Positions 14,301-24,840 of a stretch of DNA of 64,000 nucleotides are shown here, piece by piece. Under the pieces are notes generated by a model. That model searched no databases and was not told where the DNA came from. It saw nothing but the letters and a program-made list of their open reading frames with translations. The DNA lies in assembly GCF_022539665.2 (NCBI RefSeq), contig NC_081332.1, positions 4,340,001 to 4,404,000 on the forward strand, read 5' to 3'. Positions within the stretch are counted from its first letter, which is position 1. Each line of letters starts with the position of its first letter. Source of the stretch: Daphnia carinata. Taxonomy: Eukaryota. Position numbers and translations under genes: made by a program.

Positions 14301-16313
14301 CGACAATAACGAGCTGAACCAGAAGCTTCTGTCCAACATCAACGCTTCCGGAAAACTGCACATGGTGCCGGCTTCCGTTCACGGCCGATTCGTCATCCGT
14401 TTCTGCGTTTGCGCTCAGGATGCCAAGGATGCTGACATTGATTACGCGTGGGATGTCATCACCGACTTTGCCACCGAGCTGCTCGAAGCCGAGATCGTCA
14501 AGGAGAAATCGGGATTGCCATTGGATGTTCTGGAGAACAGCAACGAGGAGGTTGGTCAGGTCGCACACAAGGTGGAAATTTCGGAGCTGATGGATCTAAT
14601 GGAACGCGTCCATATGCCTATTCAAAAGCAAAACAGTATTGCCAGTATTGGAAGGCAAGGCAGTCTGGCTAGTGTCGGAAGGCAACAAAGCCTTGCGATT
14701 ATCGGAAGGCAACAGAGCCTTGCAAGCATTGGAAGGCAACAGAGCCTCGCCTATATCGGAGAGGTTGGCAACAACCTTTCGGATGGTGGAGAGCAAGAGA
14801 TGGCCAACAAGCCAAGACAGAGACCAAGCCTTGCCAGGAGACTCACAAAGCGTCAGTTCAGTTTTACGGACACCATAGAATTCGTAGGGATGGTCAACAC
14901 CGCTCAAGATGAGAGCATGAATCCTTGAAGAGATTTAAAAATACGATTTTCTTTAGCAATATCTCAACCATATGCAGTTTATACAGACATTTCTTACTTT
15001 TAAGTTTTCGTGGGAATTGACAGGAGCAAAAAGATACATCTGGGTAAATTAAATAGTGCAAGAGACTAACGAAAGAAACAAACTAATATTTATCTCGACT
15101 GTGGAATGGATGCTGACGATGTCATGAATTCTCTAAACAGTCGGTTTTATTGATTGGACTGACTAGATGGTACGAAAACAGATACTTTATGTAGGACTAA
15201 CTTCGCAAAAAAAGCAATTTTGCAGTATACTTACTTTTATACTGTATCGATATATTGCGTAGTTAAATATTTTAAACAAGGGGTGGGGGATCGGGTTGCA
15301 TCAAGTATTGTGATTTTACTTTCATTTTATTTCTTTTTCCTCTTTCATTTATCCCCCACCAAAAAATATTATTTCTCCAGTTTTCTCTCGATTCGGCTTA
15401 TGTTTTCTTTGTTTTGTGTGTACATTCAACCGTTTTTACATTTTCTTTTTTCTTTTTTACTTCTTTCTTCGAATTTTGAGTTTCCTTTTGTTTTGACATT
15501 AATCTTGGTTCTATTCCTTGCAATTCAATGAACATTTCCCGAAAAATTTCGTTTTTTGTTTTTTATTTGCCTTCTTTCAGTTGTAGCTCATTTCGACCTT
15601 CATATGGGGTGAAGTGGTTGGAGGCTTAGCCTTTAAAAAGGGTTTGCCTAGGTTACCTATTCCTGTTGGTTACTCTCTAATAAGCTGACTTGATGAGGTT
15701 TCATGTCGGGTTCGGGGCAATTTCTTTTCTAGGTTTCAACGAATCCGAAATTGGCCGCAGCTGCTAGAAGAAGAGCCCTTCGCAGAAGTGTTGGAAACGA
15801 CTTGGAGTACAAACGTTCTTTCTTTGTCCGCATGGTCAGTGATCCCAAAATGTATAACCCCAAAATCGTAGCGAACTTGTCCTACTACTCGGATTCTAAT
15901 CCATTAACGGTTGCGTCAACCCAAGATAAAAAAGATACGCCGTAAGTATAAACGTCCAATCTTGGACTGTGTGCAATCAATCGTTTCGTAAATCATTCCT
16001 GAATTTCGTATTTTCCATTCAAGATCTTCTTGGATCAGCTGGCCACTGGGTCTTCTTCTGCAAGGGGTATTTGATGACCATTCGACCGCTAGACTTCGGT
16101 AATTATCACGAATAAAGTGAAGGACATTTTTTTTGCAACAGTTATCACTCACAGTTGCAACTGTTTGATAGTTTCCGCAATTGGGATACCAAAGTAACTC
16201 TGAAACCAACTGGATCGAATCATTACAACAGCACTCGACAAAGGTCAAAGTCTCCGTATCGAGATATTGATTCGACTGGTTCCAGCCGTTCTGAATCCCC
16301 CGAAAAATACTAG
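11389..16313 (+). CDS. Tdc2: Tyrosine decarboxylase, Tdc2-type (group II PLP-dependent decarboxylase)
   Basis: [53 protein letters not shown] (PLP lysine), [16 protein letters not shown]. Downstream exons 15733-15941, 16024-16108 and 16172-16313 encode the invertebrate TDC tail motifs [26 protein letters not shown] and RFRNWDT. Confidence 0.93.
14626..14760 (+). repeat. 5 x 27-bp coding tandem repeat, consensus peptide RQQSLASIG
   Basis: [45 protein letters not shown], in the open frame ending at 14928. Confidence 0.95.
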
Positions 16314-16414
16314 TAATTCAATAGAAAAGTTACTATTGCTGTTTAATCGTCGTAAATTTCCGTGTTTTATTCGAAAATGACAAATACAGGAAATCATAGA
16401 AAGTATATGGAATA

Positions 16415-17683
16415 TTATATCACGATGCTTGGATCCCATGCATATTTGCATCGCGTATCCAGGGTATTCAGGCGATTTATTTCTTTTTCATCCAAAAGAA
16501 AGTCTAGTGCAATGTTTTCTTCAACATGAGCAGGATCAAGTGATTTGGGTAACACTCCTAAAACAAACAAGTATAACCACATTGAACTTCATACCAGTAA
16601 TATAGAGTAAATCGTTGTGATTATTATTCTTACCAATTCCCTGTTGTGTTGCCCATCTTAAAAGGATCTGGGCAGGAGATTTGTTATGGTTTTTGGCAAT
16701 TTCTTTAACCACTTCATCGTTTAACAATGGGTTACGGTTGTCATCTACTGTGGTACCCAAAGATGAGTAGGCCTGGTAATGAATATTGTGGTGGGCACAA
16801 TATTCTACAAGTTCTGGTTGGACATAGTGTGGGTGGTGCTCAACCTGTTACGTAAAAAAATATATAAAGTGCAAGTGATATTCAGCTTTGCATTATTAGT
16901 AGCCCTAAAACTAGTTCATACCTGAAGCACATGGGGAAAAGTCCGAGCATAAGATTTCATTTCTTCTAGATGTTTCAAACAGTAATTGGACACTCCAATT
17001 GCTTTAATAAGGCCTTTATCATAGCAGTCTTCTAGTGCCTTCCAACTTTCTTGTCTCATTTGGATGTTAACCACATTATCTACTTTTTTCCCACCAGTCC
17101 CAGGCCAGTGAATTAAATACAAGTCCAAGTAGTTGGTTTTCAAAAGACCAAGAGACCTTTTCACTGAATCAATGCATGGCTGGTATCCTTGGTTTCGGGG
17201 GGCTGGTAAAAGCAATTACTGTTACATCTGGGAAGCTGCACAGAAAAAAGGAAAAGGTGTATTCTTACACAGTTTCGATGTTAGAAATAAATCAGTTCTT
17301 TGTAGTTTGAATTTGGGTAAAAGCTCTCCAAGGGCTGATCCAATGTCCTCTTCATTATGATAAATCACTGCAGAATCTATGATTCCCCACATAAGAAAGA
17401 GAAGTAAAACATGGGAAATTGAAACAAACCATGATATTTATAGCACCTATTAATCTATACCCTGCTTTTAATGCAGCATCAAGGCATTTTAAAATGGTCT
17501 CAGGTCCTTTGATTCTGAATGTACCAACTGAATAACAGAGGAAAATAAATCATAGTTGACTAAATAGAAATTAAAACGTAAGCTCTCGAAGTGAAGGACG
17601 ATAACGATGTTGCAAAAACAGTGAATTATATTTTTACATCCAATTAACGGCATAGAAACTCCGTTTCTTAAATTAACAGCCAT
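16415..17683 (-). CDS. Aldo-keto reductase family protein
   Basis: MAVNLRNGVSMPLIG, GYRLIDSAVIYHNE, LFLTSKL, YLDLYLIHWP, IKAIGVSNY, QVEHHP, KSPAQILLRWATQQG, VLPKS. Ends KYAWDPSIVI* (TAA at 16415-16417). Confidence 0.95.
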
Positions 17684-18243
17684 GCCTGCGCATTGCGTGA
17701 TGTTTATTTACAGACAAATTTGGCACTTGGAGTGGTATTTGATATAAATAATAATGATATAGGAAATCAGAAACACAGTTAGCGTTCGATTGGCTGTGAT
17801 CGGGCCGATCATGGCAATATTTTACACCTGTTGTGAGTTGGGAGCGGGTTGCACATCCAGACTGAAGCCCCACTGGGGTATGAGGCGCAAAAGACTGTCC
17901 GAAACCCGGCCGAGCCCACCACCGAAGACCCTAAGCCCAGTCGTACCAGAATAAACCTTACCCGATTGGCGTTAGCTCCAAGCCCCAAACATACTATACC
18001 AAACGCAAACAAATGAAAGGTGTGTTAAGGGATGCAACGAAAATTAAATAAAGTTGGTCAAAGTGAAAATATCTACACGTCAAGTTTCATTTGAATTTCA
18101 GCTGACAGGTGGCGTAGTTTTCAGCTTAGTTGTCACTTTTTTCTGCCTTTCCGGGTATGCTTTAAATTGCCGACATATTCTTACATTTGTTTCATAGAAG
18201 AACACATTTTATTTACTTGCAGACTTGTAATAATTCAGTGAAG

Positions 18244-19054
18244 ATGACTCAGAAACAGAAAGCACTCTCGAAAGAAGAGGAAATACTTTTGCAAGATTTC
18301 AGCCGAAATGTCTCCACCAAATCAAATGCCTTGTTCTACGGCAATGCATTCATCGTTTCTGCAATTCCGATTTGTAAGTTAATCTCCAAGTTAATAAAAA
18401 TACATTTACTAGGACATCAAAGAACTAAAATATCTTGTGTAACCACAATAAAGGGCTATTTTGGAGAATTCATTTCATGGACCTACTGACTTCTTCACCG
18501 TTGTTCCTCATCATCACATGCTTAAGCACTTACTTGGTTTCTTTTGCTTACAAGAAAACCAAATTTGTCTTGAAACACAAGGTAACTGAAATAGAAATAT
18601 TTTTAACTGTTTCATGCCAACAAGTATTTTTCTGTAAAGGTGGCTGTTAAACGGGAAGATGCCATTAGCCGTGAAATCTCAAAGATGATAGCCGAAGACA
18701 AAAAAATGAATAAGAAAGAGAAGGATGAAAGGTTACTAAGCAGCACATTATTTTCATATGTTTGAGGCTGATATCTAAATATATTTCTTAGGGTTTTATG
18801 GAAAAAAAATGAAGTCTCTGACTATGAGGCCACTACTTTCTCCATTTTTTACAACAATGCACTTTTCCTTGCAGTTGTGATTGGACTAAGTTTTTTCCTT
18901 CTTAAATCATTTTCCCCTTCATTGTAAGTAAAATATTTCAGTTACTTGATAGCAATACCATTAACTTATTGCTTTTTACATTTACAGTAATTACATCTTG
19001 TCTGTGGGTCTCTCCAGTGGTCTTATTGCCCTGCTTTCCACAGGCACCAAGTAA
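18244..19054 (+). CDS. SSR3: Translocon-associated protein subunit gamma (TRAP-gamma)
   Basis: [88 protein letters not shown]. Five exons. Confidence 0.97.
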
Positions 19055-19470
19055 AGATATCTGCCGGGAATATTAAACAGTCTGTATTTCGAGTAACACA
19101 AAGAATGCTTTGAAATACAGTTTAAAGTTACTTAATTACATACCATGCTTCTCATCTAATATAGAATTGCTATTAACTAGTATTAATATGCAGATAAAGA
19201 TAGCACGGTGTTCGATATTTGGATATTAAAGCAGTTCAGGTAAATTTATTTTCTGGAAGGTACATGACCCAAGCAACTTTTTTTCCCTCAACAGGAATTT
19301 TTATAAGTTTAAGCCCAGTTCGAATTTTAATAAATCGTAAAGTCAAGCTCTCAATAAGATCTAAATTGAAAACGTACTTGATTTTCGTTTTCCGCTTATG
19401 AATTAAATACAAATACGGTTGATGGCTGTATATGGGTTTTAGAATTTAAAATTTAGAAGAAAAAATAGTG

Positions 19471-19770
19471 GTTATTTGTCGGCGTAAATTTTTTTGAAAG
19501 TGGTTGGAAGGCTATGTGTAGACTTTATAGTTTTTGAGTAATCTTAAATATAAATAAGGTGCGAATCGAAACCATTACTAGCGCGCCAGTACGCTACAGC
19601 GCTAGCGTGACACATCAAACTTTTTTGATTATTCAAAAACCATAAAGTCTACGTAAAACCTAATTTCGTTTTTCGTGTTCCTTGTTAAATTCTGAACCAT
19701 AATCATATATAGTTATGTAGATCTAATGATATTATTTTTTAATAGGAAAAAAATTTAAGCCCGACAAAAT
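19471..19770. repeat. Small nested inverted repeat (MITE-like) at the left edge of the large foldback
   Basis: TTATTTGTCGGCGTAAATTTTTTT (~19472-19494) mirrors AAAAAAATTTAAGCCCGACAAAAT (~19747-19770). GTAGACTTTATAGTTTTTGAGTAATC (19518-19543) mirrors GATTATTCAAAAACCATAAAGTCTAC (19627-19652). Confidence 0.75.
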
Positions 19771-20269
19771 CAGCCCGGCCTTCTGTTTTTTACGGTATAT
19801 TCAAAAAGTATAAGCTTAATATAAAGATAAACCAGATTTTCGTGATCAGCGATCAATTTCGCATTGGAATAATGTACTTTTAAGTAAATCTAGAATTTGA
19901 CGAAAATTGAAAAAGTGGGAAGGCTATAGCTTTCTTACTTTTTCAATTTTTGGACATTCTGTTTTTTACGGTTTATTCAAAAAGTATAAGCCTAATATAA
20001 AAATAAAATTTAATTTTGGCCAAATTTTTCATTTTGCTTAAAATATATGGCATATGGCAATCCGTTTTATATGGCAATCCGTTTTACATAAAAAAAAAAA
20101 ATGGCGGAAAAAAAAATCGCACTTTTTTCTCTTTTTTCTACTCGTAGCCATCTATCAGTCGGTTTCGTTATTACAGGCATGTAAGCAATTTGAGTTAATT
20201 GTATCCCATTAGCAGTTAATTGAGTAGCGTGGCTGGAGAACAACGCGTGGCTGGAGGAACAATTGAAAA

Positions 20270-21530
20270 ATGGATAAGATAATAAAACAAAAAAATGGTA
20301 AGTATAAACATTATTATATTGGTTTTCAATTATTAATTATTGTTTATTAGATCAAATTATGAAGCTGTAGGCCCAGTTATTGGAACAACACAAAATATTA
20401 GATAACAAAGCTAAGGATCGTAGGCCTAACACGTAATGATTCTATTTATTTGCTTTTATTCATTCGTGTTTTGTAGCTCAAATTTTGAGTCTTCAAGCTC
20501 AGCTAGGGGAAAAGAACAAATTGGAACGGAACAGTTTCCAAACAGTGAAGGAGGTTTTTCAAAACTCATCTCTAACTGAACGTAAGGATGAGTTGGCATT
20601 AGGCGAACACAGCCAGGTACCTAAAGTTTTCAAATAAGAATTCAAAATAAGTATAGAATTTTAAAAAACAATTATTTATTGTTTAGTTATTCAGTCCACC
20701 ACCTGACAGTGTGTTAAATTTAAATTCTGTTAGTGCTGCACTAAAAGAATCGTTAGTAATAAGCTCATGCAGTGAAGGAAGTGAACAATTGTGGGACCGT
20801 ATTTGGGCCGAAAATGGGTGTGGTACAGAAACCCAGAAATGGCACAAGTTCAACATGAAACATGGATTAGGTACTTTTCGGTTTTTTGTCTAGCGAAAAA
20901 GTATTTTTAATGCTATTATTTTGCATTCACAGATTTTAACGGGGGATCAGATCAAGTCTGGAAGTGTTACAGGATGGAAGAGTGAGCCTACAGATGAAAA
21001 AACACTGAGAGTGCATTACCGTAAGGTGTGAGGTAAATTAATAGAGTAATGCAAATTGCCTAATGAGAAGTACCATCTTGTGTTAATGAATCCAGTACAA
21101 CAGCAATCCTTTATAGTTCTGTCACAGCTAGAAGCCTCAAATAATTCTGCTTCTCTGTCTAAAGAACAACTTGTCCTTTACGTTCAGAGTGTTGGGGAAA
21201 CTGGGTACTTAAATGGCCCTAAAGATGTTTTAATTTTGCTGCTATTGCAGAGATGAACATCATACAGGGACTCTTTAGGTATGAAAGGATTTTTCTTCAA
21301 ATAATTTTGAATTTATGACGAAGAATTTCTCCTCCTTTTTGCCAACCAGGTCTTATCTACCAAAAAAAATTTTATCCAATAGGAAAGGATTTTCATGTAA
21401 TGGGAACACAACTATCAACAATGCAACATTCTACAGGTGCTAGTTTATCATTCAAGAGCCTTATACAATGAAGTTAATCTGCAATTTGTATGTCCTTTCC
21501 CAAGCTTCCACCAGAAGTTGAATCTATGAG
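20270..21530 (+). pseudogene. Degenerate intron-containing gene in the left arm
   Basis: ATG at 20270 followed by a chain of GT-AG introns. Exons read DQIMKL*AQLLEQHKILD, AQILSLQAQLGEKNKLERNSF, LFSPPPDSVLNLNSV...WDRIWAENG and ILTGDQIKSGSVTGWK. Stops and frameshifts are present. Confidence 0.6.
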
Positions 21531-22402
21531 TCATGTAAGTTCCATGATCAACAATTGATGTGTTTAACAGTGTTGTTTTTCTTTTCTCAATATAGGTTAA
21601 TAGTAACATTGGATCTGAAAAGATTCTTGGTTGGGGCAAGACACTGAATAAATTGTATTGATTGGATGGATGACATGACATTTCTATACTTAATTCGGAT
21701 TCCCCAGACGGTATTTGATATTAAAAAAATTGAAGTGCATATCTGGGCTCCCTTCTTTTCTGAAGCCCCGTTTCCCCTTGACTCATAATAAGCCCGTAGG
21801 GGGTCATGCCCCTACTGTACGGTATATATAAAAACAACATATACCGAGGTTTGGAGGGCTCTGGCCGGAAAGGGGACGTGGGGTGCCGCTTCGTCCGATG
21901 ATGTGTTCACGGAGGGTGACGTGGCTGCCCACAAATCCGAACTAAAGGTTAATCGCTCCTGTAAAAATGTTCCAAATCTTCAGCTCTTCTTCCGGCTTCT
22001 CTTAGCCAATCACCGGGTAATCTCCCCGGTGGGTCAACAAGGCAGTGTCTCCCCCTGCCTGGGTTGACGGCAACTTTTGAAAGGGCTATTGTGCCTTTTT
22101 AAAGTTGCAAAAATAATTGTAATGTGCAGAGAATTGTCAATAAATTTTTTTTTATAAAATGTTTTTTGCAAAATTTTTTTCTTTCATTGTCTGTGTTCGC
22201 TTTGTTCACACATTACATTTATCAACTTTTTTTTTTATTTAGCTTGCTCAATTCATTTTTATGGTTTTTGCCACCGTTGTATCGCTTATCTGTTAGTATT
22301 CAATTAGTATTTATTACACTTCTTGAATTCTTGAACTTAGACAAGGAACAACGTGTATTACCTTGATATTTTCTGAAGTAATTTTATACTTGTACATTGT
22401 TT

Positions 22403-22475
22403 TACTGGTATGGGAATCGATCCCCAGACATTCAGCGTGCAACGCCGATGCTCTAACATTGAGCCACGAGATATA
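22403..22475 (-). other. tRNA-like unit 1 (degenerate, anticodon position TGC)
   Basis: Minus strand TGGCTCAATGTTAGAGCA-TCGGC GTTGCAC GCTGA-...GGGATCGATTCCC: A box, anticodon-type stem-loop, B-box-like motif. Poor acceptor stem. Confidence 0.7.
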
Positions 22476-22574
22476 TCTATCATATTATTTCTATTATCGC
22501 ATATCATATGTTATAGTCTAGGATGTTTATGTAGTCTTTCACAAGTATATATTTATCTTTTTATAGCTTTCATA

Positions 22575-22645
22575 AGGTTCATAGCTCTTTGGTAGAGCAT
22601 TCAGCTGCGGTAACTGTTACCCTGGGTTCAAACCTTAGTAGATGT
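22575..22645 (+). other. tRNA-like unit 2 (degenerate)
   Basis: TAGCTCTTTGGTAGAGCA (A box/D arm) followed by CTGGGTTCAAACCTTAG (B box/T arm). Confidence 0.65.
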
Positions 22646-22726
22646 ATAAAGTTCTACGTTTCAATTTTATTCAAAGTGTAAATGCAAGTCCGCAAGTGAC
22701 TAGAAAAAAGCTAACCTGACATCATA

Positions 22727-22798
22727 TGATTCATGGCTCATTGGTATAGCATCGGCGCGGTATGCCGAACATCCAGGGTTCGATCCCTGGATAATAAT
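22727..22798 (+). other. tRNA-like unit 3 (degenerate, anticodon position GGT)
   Basis: TGGCTCATTGGTATAGCA-TCGGC GCGGTAT GCCGA-ACATCCAGGGTTCGATCCCTGG. Perfect 5-bp stem with 7-nt loop and canonical GGTTCGATCC B box. Acceptor stem only partly paired. Confidence 0.75.
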
Positions 22799-23589
22799 TG
22801 AATGCTTCCAGATAAACTATGCTTACAGGAAACAATGCTTACCATTAAACGTGGCATAAACAATAAAGGAGAATTGAGAAAGATAAATAAAAAAAAAGAT
22901 GATAAATGTAATGTGTGTAAACAGACAGTGAAAGAAATAAAATTTGCAAAAAAAATTTATAAAAACAAATTTATTGACAATTCTCTGCACATTACAATTA
23001 TTTTTGCAACTTTAAAAAGGCACAATAGCCATTTCAAAAGTTGCCGTCAACCCAGGCAGGGGGAGACACTGCCTTGTTGACCCACCGGGGAGATTACCCG
23101 GTGATTGGCTAAGAGAAGCCGGAAGAAGAGCTGAAGATTTGGAACATTTTTACAGGAGCGATTAACCTTTAGTTCGGATTTGTGGGCAGCCACGTCACCC
23201 TCCGTGAACACATCATCGGACGAAGCGGCACCCCACGTCCCCTTTCCGGCCAGAGCCCTCCAAACCTCGGTATATGTTGTTTTTATATATACCGTACAGT
23301 AGGGGCATGACCCCCTACGGGCTTATTATGAGTCAAGGGGAAACGGGGCTACGGAAAGGAAGGGAGCCCAGATATGCACTTCAATTTTTTAAATATCAAA
23401 TACCATCTGGGGAATCCGAATTAAGTATAGAAATGTCATGTCATCCATCCAATCAATACAATTTATTCAGTGTCTTGCCCCAACCAAGAATCTTTTCAGA
23501 TCCAATGTTACTATTAACCTATGCTGAGAAAAGAAAAACACCATTAAGCATCTCAATTGTTGCTCATGTGACTTACATGACTCACAGAT

Positions 23590-24840
23590 TCAATTTCTGG
23601 CAGAAGCTTGGGAAAGGCCATACAAATTGCAGATGAAAATCATTGTATAAGGCTCTTGAATGATAAAATAGCACCCATAGAATGTTGCATTGTTGATAGT
23701 TGTGTTCCCAGTATGCTGAAAATCCTTTCCTATTGGATAAATTTTTTTTTAGATTAGACATGGTTGGCAAAAAGCAGGAGAAATGCTTTGTCATAAATTC
23801 AAAAAATTTTCAAGAAAATTCCTTTCATACCTAAAAAGTCCATGTATGATGTTCATCGCTGCAATGCCAACGAAATGAAACATCTTTAGGGCCATTTAAG
23901 TACCCAGCTTCACCAACACTCTGAACATAAAGGACAAGTTGTTCTTTAGCAAGAGAAGCAAAATTATTTGAGGCTTCTAGCTGTGACAGAACTATAAAGG
24001 ATTGCTGTTACACAGGATTCATTCACACAAGATGGTACTTCTCATTAGACAATTTGCATACTCTATTACTTTACCTCATACCTTAATAGTAATGCACTTT
24101 CAATGTTTTTCAACTGTAGGCTCACTCTTCCCTCCTGTAACACTTCCAGACTTGACTTGATCCCCCGCTAAAATTCTGTGAATGCAAAATAATAGCATTA
24201 AAAATACTTTTTCGATAGACAAAAAACCGAAAAGTACCTAATTCATGTTTTATGTTGAACTCGTGCTATTTCTGGGTTTCCGTACCACACCCATTTTAAG
24301 CCCAAATACGGTCCCACAATTGTTCAGTTCCTTCGCTGCATGGACTTATTACTAACAATTCTTTTAGTGCAGCACTAACAGAATTTAAATTTAACCACTG
24401 TCAGGTGGTAGACTGAATAACTAAACAATAAATAATTGTTTTTAAAATTCTATACTTATTTTGAATTCTTATTTGAAAAGTTTAGGCTCCTGACTGTGTT
24501 CTCCTCCTGCCAACTCATCCTCATGTTCAGTTATGGATGAGTTTTGAAAAACCTCCTTCACTGTTTGGAAACTGTTCCGTTCCAATTTGTTCTTTTCCCC
24601 TACTGAGCTTGAAGACTCAAAATTTGAGCTACAAAACACAAATGAATAAAAGCAAATAAATAGAATCATTACGTGTTAGGCCTTACCGATCCTTAGCTTT
24701 TTGTTATCTAATATTTTGTGTTGTTCCAATAACTGGGCCTACAGCTTCATAATTTGATCTAATAAACAATAATTAATAATTGAAAACCAATATAATAATG
24801 TTTATACTTACCATTTTTTTGTTTTATTATCTTATCCATT
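23590..24840 (-). pseudogene. Degenerate intron-containing gene in the right arm (mirror copy)
   Basis: Reverse complement of 20270-21530 with scattered substitutions and indels. Shares the in-frame TAG (24739-24741). Confidence 0.6.

Noticed and set aside
14626..14760. CRISPR-like regularly spaced repeats
   Set aside because: Eukaryotic in-frame coding tandem repeat with no unique spacers.
21764..22082. Possible hammerhead ribozyme in the hairpin block (CTGAAGA and GGACGAAG on the mirror strand)
   Set aside because: Could not assemble a CUGANGA/GAAA/NUH core with compatible stems.
22403..22798. Functional tRNA genes
   Set aside because: Acceptor stems are poorly paired and conserved positions are altered; reported as tRNA-like only.
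23274..23636. 120-aa ORF in the right arm
   Set aside because: TTG/ATG-poor context, no recognisable domain, the mirror copy is frameshifted near 21720, and it partly overlaps the cargo pseudogene in antisense.
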